NCBI GenBank assembly: GCA_963809895.1
Contig: CAWELD010000003.1
Location: 2,304,001 to 2,368,000 of the forward strand
DNA from: an uncultured Gemmatimonadales bacterium
GTDB lineage: Bacteria > Gemmatimonadota > Gemmatimonadetes > Longimicrobiales > Gaopeijiaceae
Reading direction: 5' to 3'
Length of the DNA stretch: 64,000 nt
Part shown: positions 18,720 to 28,290 of the stretch, one piece after another
Numbering within the stretch: the stretch's first letter is position 1
Layout of the letters: each line of letters starts with the position of its first letter
Made by a program: the position numbers and the translations under genes
The notes under the pieces: model-generated
Told to the model about the DNA's origin: nothing
The model's input: the letters and a program-made list of their open reading frames with translations, nothing else
Database searches by the model: none

Positions 18720-21700
18720 CTACCAGCCTGCGAAGCCCACCTGAACCCTGAAGCCTGCCCGATTTTCGCGTGCGTCCACCGCCAGCTCCGGGTGCGAGAT
18801 CAGGACCGGAACGTCCACGCGCAGCCGGAACGGCGAGCCGGGACGCGCCAACTCCAGGCCCACTCCCGCGGACCACAGGAGGGTCCTGGCCGGCAGCCGG
18901 TCCTCTACGCTGTCGTCGGTGCCCGGCGCCAATGGCAGGAGCAGCGGTAGGCCGGGCTGAGCCCCGGTACCGATCCCTCCGAACGCCAGGGGCCTGAGCC
19001 GGAGTCCCCGGGGACCGCCCAGGGCGAGCCCGGGCGCGGCCACCTCCAGGTCGGCCGACACGAGCCAGGCCAGTGAGACCGTGGGATCGAACCCTCGCAG
19101 GACACCACCACCGGCGACCCAGCCCCGGTCGTCCAGCGCCGAGCCGGCGGACCGGATCCACGGATTCCCCACGGTACTCCAGGGATCCGCCGACGACAGG
19201 AAGAAGCGGCGCTCCGCCGGTACCCGGTCACCGTTCCAGCGCGTGTCGGCCTCGGCTTGGTCGGCCCCCACGGCACCACCCGCGAACAGGTGGGACCTCA
19301 GGGTCCACCCGGCACCCAGCGGCCGGTCACCGTCGGCTCGCACGGTGCCCCGCAGCCAACGGTGGTCGCCGGTGTCGAAGCCACCCGCGCCGGTGGCGTC
19401 CAGGTTCCACGCCAGGCCCAGGAGGTCCGCCCGCAGGCGCCCCCCGAACCCCATCTCGCCGGAGACCTTTCGCGCCGGGGTCCAGCGGCCCGGCACCAGA
19501 TAGGCCGGGTCGTCGACGCCGGCCACCGTCGCGAAGATCCGCACGGCCCGGTCCGAGCCGGACAGCGGATGCGCCCGCAGATCCTTCTCCGCCGAGGCCG
19601 ACAGGAGATAGCGACCCTCGCCGGCGAAAGCCTCGAACCCGAGGCCTGGACGGGGTCGGTCCCCGAGAACGGGGCCCTGCGACCGCAGGTACAGGCTGCC
19701 GGCGTCCCACCCGCGGCCCGTGTCACCGCGATCCCCGAGGGGGATGGCCGGGAGCCCCAGGCGCACCACGCTCGTGCTGAGTCCCAGCAACGACTGCCGC
19801 ATCTGGACACCCGCCACCCATCCCCCGGCATCGTTGACCCATGCCAGCGGGAAGATCCCCACCGGAACCCGGTCCAGGCGGAGCGGCAACGGCCGGGTCG
19901 GATCGTCGAGCTGGAAGTCGTAGGCCGGGAGGCTCACGCCCCGCCCCCAGGCGTCGTTGGAGGGATTCCAGTCCAGGATGGTGCCCCGGGGATCCAGGCG
20001 GATGACGTCGGGCTCGAAGGTGGTCCGCAGCACGCTCCGGCTCGCCAGCGCGTTGCCGTCCAGGACCGTGTCCAGGACCTCGCCGCCGCGGCCCGAGACG
20101 CGCACGGGCACCGGCATGCGCACATCGCCCAGGCGCCGCAGGCGCAGGCGCGTGACCCACTCTTCGGGCGCCCCGTCCACATGGACGTCGTCCAACGCGT
20201 AGTCCACCACCCCCACCGCGTGGAGCCACTGGCCGAAGAACCAGTCCAGGTCGCGGCCCGACACCTCCTCGGCGACCTCCTGGAAGGCCTGGGAATCCAC
20301 GTGTCTGAACTGGTAGCGCTGGTACCAGGTCCGGAGGATGCGGACCATGGTGTCGTCGCCCACGAGCTCCCGGAGCATCCACAGGATCACGGAGCCCTTG
20401 GTGTAGATCATGGCGTTGTAGACGCCGTGCTCGGCGTAGTCCTCGGCACGCAGGACCACCGGCTCCGACACGCCGGTGACATCGTTCAGGATCGTCGAGG
20501 CCCGACTCCCGACCCACTGGCCCGGCCCACCCCCCGCCCGCTCATTGAACCACGCGGTCTGGAACGAGGTCATGCCCTCGTCCAGCCATCCCTCGTACCA
20601 CTCGTTGTTGGCGAGGATGCCGAAGGCGTAGATGTGCCCCACCTCGTGCAGGATCAGCCCCTGCGACGCGGAGCCGTTCATGACCATCATGGGAAACTCG
20701 GTTCCACCGCCCTCCAGACGATGCAGGTTCGTCACCTGCGGATAGGGATAGGGGCCGAAGATGGAATCCAGCCACTGGAGCGCCACCGCCGTGCGGCGCA
20801 CCGCCTGTCCCCCTCCCCACTGCCCCTCGTCGCCGGGCCGGTAGAGCACACGGATGACGGCGCCGTCGAACGCTCCTTGTTCGTAGATGTAGTCGGGGCT
20901 GGTGGACCACGCGAAATGATGCACGTTCTCGGCGTACCACCGGACCCGCTTGCGGCCCGCGGCGGGCTCCGGTCCCAGGAGGTCCAACGCCTCGGCGGGG
21001 CGGAGCCGGCGCGCGGGGTAGGTGCCACACACGCGCTCGCCCCCCCGCTCCACGCAGGGCGGCCCGTCCTGGGTGCCGTACCACGCCCGCTGGTAGTCGA
21101 TGGGGCCCGTGCCGGGCACGGCGGCCCGGGCCCACCCGGGCTCGCCCTCGACGGGGACGCCGGTGGCGCCCATGACCTGGTCCTCGGCCAGGTCCAGCGT
21201 CACGTCGAAGGTCGCGAACTCGCTGTAGAACTCGCCGGAGCGCACCAGCGGATGGGGCCGCCACCCCTCGTCGTCGTAGACCGCCACCCGGGGATACCAC
21301 TGGGCGAAGTCGAAATGCCGTCCGCGCCGCCCCTGGCGACGAGGTACCGTGGACGGCCGGGAATCCCAACGCACGTCGATGGTGAGGGAGCGGCCGGGCT
21401 CCAGGGGTTGCGGCAGATCCATGGCCACCACGGTGGAGTCCGGCGCGTTGGGGTAGCGCAGGCGCACCGGCCGTTCGTCCACGGTCAACTCGCGGATGCG
21501 CTCGAAGCCCTGGTCCTCGGAAGACAGGTCCTGGAAGGTGCGGATCCCGAACTCCAGGTCACGACGAGCCCACGCCGAGTTGGGGCGAAAGGCGTTCAGG
21601 TACAGGTGCAGATAGAAGGTGGTGAGGGTGTCGGGAGAGTCGTTCCTGTAGCGGATGCGTCCACGACCCTCCAACACGCCCGGCTCCTCGTCCAACCGGG

Positions 21701-21803
21701 CCTCGATGCGGTACTCCACCCCCTGCTGCCAGGCCCGCGGGGCCTCCTGCGGCGGCGACACCACCGTTGCCGCCAGGGCGGCCCAAATGCTAACCACGCC
21801 CAT
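18720..21803 (-). CDS. Secreted M1 family aminopeptidase with C-terminal putative Omp85-like beta-barrel
   Basis: Signal peptide; WQQGVEYRIEA, HLYLNAF, AQWYPR, GGTEFP, HEVGH...WLDEG and YTKG motifs; C-terminal ~400 aa of amphipathic strands with LRGF and a terminal W. Confidence 0.85.
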   Translation of the reverse strand: MGVVSIWAALAATVVSPPQEAPRAWQQGVEYRIEARLDEEPGVLEGRGRIRYRNDSPDTLTTFYLHLYLNAFRPNSAWARRDLEFGIRTFQDLSSEDQGFERIRELTVDERPVRLRYPNAPDSTVVAMDLPQPLEPGRSLTIDVRWDSRPSTVPRRQGRRGRHFDFAQWYPRVAVYDDEGWRPHPLVRSGEFYSEFATFDVTLDLAEDQVMGATGVPVEGEPGWARAAVPGTGPIDYQRAWYGTQDGPPCVERGGERVCGTYPARRLRPAEALDLLGPEPAAGRKRVRWYAENVHHFAWSTSPDYIYEQGAFDGAVIRVLYRPGDEGQWGGGQAVRRTAVALQWLDSIFGPYPYPQVTNLHRLEGGGTEFPMMVMNGSASQGLILHEVGHIYAFGILANNEWYEGWLDEGMTSFQTAWFNERAGGGPGQWVGSRASTILNDVTGVSEPVVLRAEDYAEHGVYNAMIYTKGSVILWMLRELVGDDTMVRILRTWYQRYQFRHVDSQAFQEVAEEVSGRDLDWFFGQWLHAVGVVDYALDDVHVDGAPEEWVTRLRLRRLGDVRMPVPVRVSGRGGEVLDTVLDGNALASRSVLRTTFEPDVIRLDPRGTILDWNPSNDAWGRGVSLPAYDFQLDDPTRPLPLRLDRVPVGIFPLAWVNDAGGWVAGVQMRQSLLGLSTSVVRLGLPAIPLGDRGDTGRGWDAGSLYLRSQGPVLGDRPRPGLGFEAFAGEGRYLLSASAEKDLRAHPLSGSDRAVRIFATVAGVDDPAYLVPGRWTPARKVSGEMGFGGRLRADLLGLAWNLDATGAGGFDTGDHRWLRGTVRADGDRPLGAGWTLRSHLFAGGAVGADQAEADTRWNGDRVPAERRFFLSSADPWSTVGNPWIRSAGSALDDRGWVAGGGVLRGFDPTVSLAWLVSADLEVAAPGLALGGPRGLRLRPLAFGGIGTGAQPGLPLLLPLAPGTDDSVEDRLPARTLLWSAGVGLELARPGSPFRLRVDVPVLISHPELAVDARENRAGFRVQVGFAGW

Positions 21804-21849
21804 GTGGGATTCTCCGTGCTGTCATGCGTCGAGCCGGCGCATCGCCGGA

Positions 21850-24567
21850 TCACTTCTCGAGGCTGTTTCGCACCTTCGCGGTCAACTCCGCCGAAGTAAA
21901 GGGCTTGCGGAGCACGTCCGCGTCCGGCGATCCGAGGCCCCCGCGGCCCTCGTCGTAGTAGCCGGTCATGAAGAGCACCGCCCCCTGCGGGTGGGCCTCG
22001 CGGAAGGCCCGGGCCACGCTTCTGCCGTCGCGGCCCGGGAGCACCACGTCCGTGAGGAGCAGGTCCACGGGACCGGCGTGCTCATCCATCCACGCCAGGG
22101 CCTCGCCGGCGTCCGCCGCGGTGGCGACCCGGAACCCCGCGTTCTCGAGCACGCGACGGAAGAGGGCTCGGAGCGCCGGCTCGTCCTCCACGAGCAGGAT
22201 GGTCTGGCCCGATGCCTCGCCTGCCCGATCCTGAGCTGCCACGTCGGCCTCGGGCCCGCCAGCCTCGGCGCCCGGGGCGTCCCGGGCCGCCTGTGGCAGG
22301 AAGAGCCGGAAGGTCGTGCCCACACCCCCCTCGCTCTCCACCGCGATGTGCCCTCCGGCCTGCTGCACCACCCCGTAGACGGTGGACAGCCCGAGGCCGC
22401 TACCTCGCCCCACGTCTTTGGTGGTGAAGAACGGGTCGAAGATGGACGCCATGTGGGTCTCGGAGATCCCCGTCCCTTCGTCCTGGACGGTCAAGACGAT
22501 CCAGCGACCGGCGGGCACCGGTGTCCCGGCCACGAGCTCGGTCCGGTCCAGCCGTGTACGGCGCGTGGCGATCCGGACCCGGCCTCCGTCGGGCATGGCG
22601 TCCCGGGCATTCACCGCCAGGTTCACCAGCGCCTGCTCCAACTGGGCCTTCTCAACGCGCGTGAACGCGCCGGCAGCCCCCAGGGCCAGCTCCAAGCGCA
22701 CCCTGGGCGGCAGGAGCCGACCCATCATGGTGGACACGTCCCTGATCACGGCGTCCACCTCGACGCGCTCCGGTGTCAGCGTCTGCCGCCGCGCGAACGA
22801 GAGGAGCCGCCGGGTGAGGTCGCGACCACGTCGGTGGGCGCGCACGATCTCCTCTGCCGCCTCGCGCGTCTCGCCCGGAAGGGCCGGATCCTGCACGATG
22901 CCCTCGGCGTAGCCTCCCACCACGGTGAGCAGGTTGTTGAAGTCGTGGGCCACACCCCCGGCCAGACGGCCGATGGCTTCGAGTCGCTGGGCGCGTCGCA
23001 ACTCCTCCTCGAGCTGCAGCACCTCGGTTCGGTCCCTCGACACGGCCAACAGGCACGCCTCGCCCTCCACCTGGATTGCCTCGGCCGACACCAGAAATCT
23101 CCGTGTCCTCCCGTCCCGCATGCGGAAGTCGCAGGGACGGTCGCGCACCCTCCCCTCCCGAGCCAGCTCGGCCACCAGGGCCTCCCGTTGCTCGGGCAGG
23201 GCCCAGATGCCGAGTGCGGCGGTGCTCCGGCCGACGACTTCTCCCCGGGTCCACCCGGTGACCTCCTCGAAGCCGCGGTTGACCTCCAGGAGCGCGCCGT
23301 CCGACGCTCGCGTGATGCTCACCGCATCGGGAAACGCCCGGAAAGCGGCCTGTAGCCGCACGCGCACCGCCGCGCTGTCACGTTCCACACGGACCCGGGC
23401 CAGCAGACCCGCCAGAAGGCCACCGGCCAGCCCGTACCAGCTCTCTTCCACGGCGGCATCGGACCCTTCCAGGGAAACTCCCCTGAACCCCAGGACCCCG
23501 GCCAGCCCCCCCGCGATCCGACAGGGCACCAGCAGGTCACGGGTGTCGCCGTCGCCGGCTCGTTCAAGGGGATTCCCCTCCTGGAGGGGACGAGGCACGC
23601 GGTACGCCAGGTCCCCGACGACGTCGTCCGCCTCTGCCGGGGTGAGGTCGTCGCCGCCACGCCACGCCGCCCACACGCGGGGCCCCCCTGCACCCACCTC
23701 GACCAGGAAAGCGGAGCGCGCGCCCACGAAGCCGGCCATGCGCGCCAGTGCCACCTGAGACGCGGCGTCGGCGGAGGCGGCATCGATGCCTACCAGCCGC
23801 GTGCTGACGTCCTGGAGGAGCTCCTCTCCCTCCAGCCGGCGGCGCAGGCGCTGATCGGTCTCCTCCAGCACCTGCGTGGCCTGGCGGGCCCGGGCCGCCT
23901 CCTGCTCCAGGAACCACGCCACCACGGCCACCACGACCAGGAAGAGCGTGCCCGCCGACACGAAGGGAAGGCCGACGAGCCAGGCTCCGTCGCCACGGAC
24001 GAGTCCCAGGACGACCAGTTCCACGGCCCACAGACCCAGGGCGCCGGCCAGGAGCGAGCGGGCACGGCCCGCGCCCACCGTGCGCTCCCGCATCACCGCC
24101 CACGCCGCCACGATGCCGGCGGCCGCGGCCATGAGCTCGGAGAGGCGAACCCGGATCAGCGCTCGCTCCGGGCCGGACAAGGGGACGGAGGCCAACGCGG
24201 CGGCCACCCCGGCCACCGCGATGATCGTCACCGTCGCGATCACGCTGCGCGCTTTCGGGGTGCGGCCGCCCAGCATGACGCTCGCCCCGAAGGAGACCAG
24301 GGCCAGGAACGAGGCGTGACCCGCCAGATTGACGGCGCTCGAGACGATCCTGAGCGGCGACGTGGCGGGCAGCCCGGTGAGGAGCGCGTACAGTCCGGCG
24401 CCCGATGCGGCCAGGCCGAGGCCCAGGGCCGTCCAGCCCCATCCCCACAGGCGCAGAACCACGCGCCGATGGACGGCCCCGTAGAGGAGGCTGGCAGCGA
24501 GGACGGACGCCATGAGCGCCTCGAGCCCGTACGCCAGTACGACGGCGAAGCGGAAATCGACGCTCAT
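21850..24567 (-). CDS. Hybrid sensor histidine kinase (multi-TM, GAF-like, PAS, HisKA, HATPase, REC)
   Basis: About 7 N-terminal TMs; AHDFNN H-box, NLAVNARDAM, DEGTG, FFTTK and GLGL; REC LLVEDE...LLTDVVLP...KP. Confidence 0.92.
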   Translation of the reverse strand: MSVDFRFAVVLAYGLEALMASVLAASLLYGAVHRRVVLRLWGWGWTALGLGLAASGAGLYALLTGLPATSPLRIVSSAVNLAGHASFLALVSFGASVMLGGRTPKARSVIATVTIIAVAGVAAALASVPLSGPERALIRVRLSELMAAAAGIVAAWAVMRERTVGAGRARSLLAGALGLWAVELVVLGLVRGDGAWLVGLPFVSAGTLFLVVVAVVAWFLEQEAARARQATQVLEETDQRLRRRLEGEELLQDVSTRLVGIDAASADAASQVALARMAGFVGARSAFLVEVGAGGPRVWAAWRGGDDLTPAEADDVVGDLAYRVPRPLQEGNPLERAGDGDTRDLLVPCRIAGGLAGVLGFRGVSLEGSDAAVEESWYGLAGGLLAGLLARVRVERDSAAVRVRLQAAFRAFPDAVSITRASDGALLEVNRGFEEVTGWTRGEVVGRSTAALGIWALPEQREALVAELAREGRVRDRPCDFRMRDGRTRRFLVSAEAIQVEGEACLLAVSRDRTEVLQLEEELRRAQRLEAIGRLAGGVAHDFNNLLTVVGGYAEGIVQDPALPGETREAAEEIVRAHRRGRDLTRRLLSFARRQTLTPERVEVDAVIRDVSTMMGRLLPPRVRLELALGAAGAFTRVEKAQLEQALVNLAVNARDAMPDGGRVRIATRRTRLDRTELVAGTPVPAGRWIVLTVQDEGTGISETHMASIFDPFFTTKDVGRGSGLGLSTVYGVVQQAGGHIAVESEGGVGTTFRLFLPQAARDAPGAEAGGPEADVAAQDRAGEASGQTILLVEDEPALRALFRRVLENAGFRVATAADAGEALAWMDEHAGPVDLLLTDVVLPGRDGRSVARAFREAHPQGAVLFMTGYYDEGRGGLGSPDADVLRKPFTSAELTAKVRNSLEK

Positions 24568-24603
24568 GTCAACCTCTGGGGAGCCGGCTCCCCGGAAAGG
24601 GGC

Positions 24604-26418
24604 TCAGTCCTCCACCAGGTAGGCGACGCCCCACGCGCCGACCCCCAGGTGGGTCGCGATCACCGGGGTGGCCGGTGCCGTGAGGGTCTCGGCAGGCCCG
24701 AAACGGTCGGCGAGCGCGCTCGTGACCGGGCGCAGGATCTCGGGACACCCCACATGGACCACCCCGAACCGTACCCGGGCATCACGGGGGATCCGTTGTG
24801 CGAGCGCGTCCAGTAATACGTCCCGGACTCGCCGCCTCCCGATCGCCCTCCCCACAGGAACCACCGAGCCCTGCGGGGTCAAGCCCAGGATCGGCTTGAC
24901 GTTGAGCACGGAGCCCAGCAGGGCGCGGCCACGGCCTACCCTTCCCGAAGCCAGCAGCCGGTCGAAGGTGTCCACGGTGAAGAGGATGCCGGAACGGGAG
25001 CGGATCCGCTCCAGCGACCGCACGATCTCGGCCGGCGGCGTGGCCAGCTCCGCGAGCTCGGCGGCCCGCAGCACGAGGAGGCCCTGCAGGAGTGACGCAC
25101 CCAGCGAGTCCATCAACTGTACGGGCACGCCGTGGAAGCGCCGCGCCGCCGCCGCACCCGAGGCGAACGTTCCCGACAGGGACGAGCCGAGCAGCACTCC
25201 CACGATGGCCTCGCCGTCCTCGGCAGCCCGGGAGAAGGTCTCCAGGAAGTCCGCGGGAGCGGGCTGCGAGGTCGTGGGGAGGTCCTCGGCTCCGGTCGCG
25301 AGACGGGCGTGGAACTCGTCGGCGCTGAGGTCGACGCCGTCCCGATAGGTGCGGTCGCCCGAGATGAGAAGGAGGGGTGTGACGTGGATCCCGTGCGCCC
25401 GCACCACCTCTTCGGGCAGGTCGGCGGCCGAGTCCGTCACCACCGTCACGGGCCGACGCGCCAGGCGCACGTGCGCTCCAGGGGCCGAGGCGCGCTCCAC
25501 GGCCCGGTGCTGTGCCCGCATGTCCTCGGCCTTGTGGGTGGCGAGTGTGCCCAGGCGTTGCAGATAGGCGAACACCTGGTCGGGCTCGTCCGTGTGGACG
25601 TGGACCTTGAGCACCTCGCCCGCCCGGATGACGATGAGCGAATCCCCCATGCCCCGCAGATGACGCTTCACCACCGACTGCTCCGGCAGGGCGTGCCCGC
25701 GCACCAGCGCCTCGGTACAGTAGCGGAAGCGCTCGGCCTGCTCCGGATAGTCCACGTCCGCCGCCGCCATGGACGCCCCGTCCGCATCGTCGACGGCCAC
25801 CAGCGGATCCCCGTGAATGAAGAGCAGGACCCCCTCGAGCAGCGACACGAAGCCCTTGGCGCCGGCATCCACCACACCGGCCTTCTTCAGCACCGGCAGG
25901 AGCTCCGGCGTGCGGGCCAGGGAGGCGCGGGCCCGCTCCACCACGTGCTGCATCAACGGGACGAAATCCCCGACGCTCGACGAGGACGCGGCGCTGGCGG
26001 CATCGCGCATCACGGTGAGGATCGTGCCCTCGACGGGCCGTTCCAGCGCTTCGTGGAGGTGCTCCACGCCGGCCTCGAGGGCCGCGCTGAACTCGGCCGC
26101 GGACACCCGGGCCTGATCCGGAAGGGAGCGGGCGAAGCCCAGCATGAAGTGGGAGAGCATCATGCCGCAGTTGCCCCGCGCGCCCAGCACGGCCGCCTGG
26201 GCAGCCTCCCGGGCCACGGCCGACACGGTGCGATCCCGATTGCGCCTGAGGTGGTCGGCGACGGCGCGCAGCGTCAGCGCGAGGTTGGTGCCGGTGTCCC
26301 CGTCGGGCACCGGGAAGACGTTGATGCGGTTCAGCTCGCCACGGTGCCGTTGCGTATATTCGCAGGCGGCGACCAACGAGCGGCGCAGGCGAGGACCGTC
26401 GACGTAGGCGATCTGCAT
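24604..26418 (-). CDS. DAK2-DegV fusion (FakA/FakB-like fatty acid kinase)
   Basis: LNRINVFPVPDGDTGTNL, GARGNCG, EGTILTV and KVHVHT, followed by DegV motifs VVTDSAADLP, TTSQP, SSLSGT, GRVG and THLG. Confidence 0.9.
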   Translation of the reverse strand: MQIAYVDGPRLRRSLVAACEYTQRHRGELNRINVFPVPDGDTGTNLALTLRAVADHLRRNRDRTVSAVAREAAQAAVLGARGNCGMMLSHFMLGFARSLPDQARVSAAEFSAALEAGVEHLHEALERPVEGTILTVMRDAASAASSSSVGDFVPLMQHVVERARASLARTPELLPVLKKAGVVDAGAKGFVSLLEGVLLFIHGDPLVAVDDADGASMAAADVDYPEQAERFRYCTEALVRGHALPEQSVVKRHLRGMGDSLIVIRAGEVLKVHVHTDEPDQVFAYLQRLGTLATHKAEDMRAQHRAVERASAPGAHVRLARRPVTVVTDSAADLPEEVVRAHGIHVTPLLLISGDRTYRDGVDLSADEFHARLATGAEDLPTTSQPAPADFLETFSRAAEDGEAIVGVLLGSSLSGTFASGAAAARRFHGVPVQLMDSLGASLLQGLLVLRAAELAELATPPAEIVRSLERIRSRSGILFTVDTFDRLLASGRVGRGRALLGSVLNVKPILGLTPQGSVVPVGRAIGRRRVRDVLLDALAQRIPRDARVRFGVVHVGCPEILRPVTSALADRFGPAETLTAPATPVIATHLGVGAWGVAYLVED

Positions 26419-26605
26419 GGAAAGCGAGTATCGGGTGTCACACGGCGAGCCGCCACCCCTTTCCAGGAGCGCGGCCCCCATGCTGTCTCCCGGTTACCGT
26501 CGGCCCGGATTCCAGGTCTCCACAGACGCGTGTGAAGACAAGCCCGTCCCGGTTCGTAGCTGAAGCGATATCATTCCCCGCGACCTTCTTGAGCGAGATC
26601 TCGAC

Positions 26606-27835
26606 ATGACGAACGGCAAGCGGTGGAGCTGCCTGGCACTGACCTCCTTCTTCCTGGTGGCGTGCGGCGAAGGAGGCACGGGCTGGGCCGGCACCATGAC
26701 GGATTCGGCGGGCGTCACCCTCGTCGCCAATCCCCCCGAGGGCCTGTGGGCGCCGGGCGAGGAGTGGACCGTCACCGAGGAGTACCGCGTGGGGGGCATG
26801 GACGCCCCTACCGAGAGCCAGTTCGGCCAGGTGACCGGAATCGACGTGGACCAGCAGGGCGACGTCTACGTGCTCGACGCCCAGGCCAGCGAGGTGAAGG
26901 TGTTCGACCCCGACGGCGGCCTCCTGCGCACCATGGGCCGGCAGGGCAGCGGCCCCGGGGAGATGGCGCGGCAGGTGGTCGGGCTGTTCGTCACGGGTAA
27001 CGAGATCCGGGTGCCCGACATCCTCAACTCGCGTGTCGCCCGCTTCACGCTGGACGGCGAGCCACTGGCACCGACGCCGCTGGACATCGCCAAGGGGGTC
27101 CCGATCCGTTGGGACGAGCTGCAGGGAGGCCGTATCGTGGCCCAGTTCCGCTCCATCTCGGGACTCACCACCGACGAGGCGCCTACCGGTGATCCCATCG
27201 TTTCCGTGGGCGAGGACACCCCCGACACCCTCGCCGTGCTGCCTCCCGGCGAGAGCGTACGCCTCTCTCAGGGCGGCGCGCAGTTCCGCTTCTTCGAGTC
27301 GGAGCCGGTATGGGACGCCGGGGACGACGGCATGCTGATCACCGCCCGGAACTCCGCCTATCGCATCGAGGTCCGCGACGCCTCGGGCACCCTGGTGCGG
27401 ATCATCGAGAAGGCCCACGAGCCCAAGCCCGTGACCGACGGGGACAAGCAGCGTATGCTGGACGCCATCCGCAAGGCCATGGCGGATCAGGGCCTGCCCG
27501 CGGCCGCCGTGCAGCAGGTGCTCCAGGGCGCCGAGTTCGCCGACCAGTATCCCGCCATGGCCCAGATCGTGGTGGGCCCGGAGAGCACGATATGGGTGGA
27601 GCGGCTGCACACCGCCCAGGAGCTCGCCGACGCCGGCAACTTCGACCTCCAGGACATCGGATCCCGGGAGTGGGAGGTCTTCGACGCCGAGGGCCGCTAC
27701 CTGGGCGTGGTGACGCTTCCGCCGAAGTTCATGCCCCTGCGGGTGGACGGGGACGCGTTCTGGGGCATCCAGCGCGACGAGCTCGACGTGCAGTCCGTGG
27801 TGCGGTACCGGATCGTGCAGCCCGACGCCGGGTGA
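26606..27835 (+). CDS. Six-bladed beta-propeller (NHL-like) lipoprotein
   Basis: Lipobox LVA-C; DVYVLDAQ, VKVFDPDG, GRQGSGPGE, WEVFDAEGRYLG and RDELDVQSVVRY. Confidence 0.8.
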   Translation: MTNGKRWSCLALTSFFLVACGEGGTGWAGTMTDSAGVTLVANPPEGLWAPGEEWTVTEEYRVGGMDAPTESQFGQVTGIDVDQQGDVYVLDAQASEVKVFDPDGGLLRTMGRQGSGPGEMARQVVGLFVTGNEIRVPDILNSRVARFTLDGEPLAPTPLDIAKGVPIRWDELQGGRIVAQFRSISGLTTDEAPTGDPIVSVGEDTPDTLAVLPPGESVRLSQGGAQFRFFESEPVWDAGDDGMLITARNSAYRIEVRDASGTLVRIIEKAHEPKPVTDGDKQRMLDAIRKAMADQGLPAAAVQQVLQGAEFADQYPAMAQIVVGPESTIWVERLHTAQELADAGNFDLQDIGSREWEVFDAEGRYLGVVTLPPKFMPLRVDGDAFWGIQRDELDVQSVVRYRIVQPDAG

Positions 27836-27861
27836 CATCCGAAGCCGACTGAAACACGAAC

Positions 27862-27899
27862 GTCCCCCATCTCGTCCAGAGACGGGTGGGGGATGTTTT
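27862..27899 (+). terminator. Intrinsic terminator
   Basis: GTCCCCCATCTCGTC-CAGA-GACGGGTGGGGGAT stem followed by GTTTT. Confidence 0.7.
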
Positions 27900-27907
27900 C
27901 GTGGCCA

Positions 27908-27936
27908 TTTGTTCTGTTTTGTAGAAGATTTACCAT
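27908..27936 (+). promoter_or_regulatory. Promoter of padR-1 with candidate operator
   Basis: AT-rich island; TACCAT -10 (27931-27936); dyad TTCT-GTTTTGT-AGAA (27912-27926) between the -35 and -10 positions. Confidence 0.5.
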
Positions 27937-27960
27937 CGAGATCACGTCGAGGAGTGCACG

Positions 27961-28290
27961 ATGGCGAAGGGTGACTACCTGGGAGAGTTCGAGCAGGTCG
28001 TCCTGCTGGCGGTGGCCCGTCTCGAGGAGGGCTACGGCGTGACGATCCGGCAGGAGATCGAGGCACGCACCGGGCGCGAGGCGACCGTCGGTGCGGTCTA
28101 CGCCACCCTGGACCGCCTCGAGGACAAGGGCCTGCTGCGCTCCTGGGAGGGCGAGCCCACGGGCCGACGAGGCGGGCGCGCGCGGCGTCACTTCGAGCTC
28201 ACCGCGCCGGGCCGTGAAGCGCTCACCCAGTCTCGCGAGATGATCGAGGCACTGTGGGACGGCGTCGACCTGAGGCCAGGCGAAGCATGA
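27961..28290 (+). CDS. PadR family transcriptional regulator
   Basis: LGEFEQVVLLAV, YG, GAVYATLDRLEDKG and RRHFELTAPG; GAGGAG RBS. Confidence 0.92.
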   Translation: MAKGDYLGEFEQVVLLAVARLEEGYGVTIRQEIEARTGREATVGAVYATLDRLEDKGLLRSWEGEPTGRRGGRARRHFELTAPGREALTQSREMIEALWDGVDLRPGEA

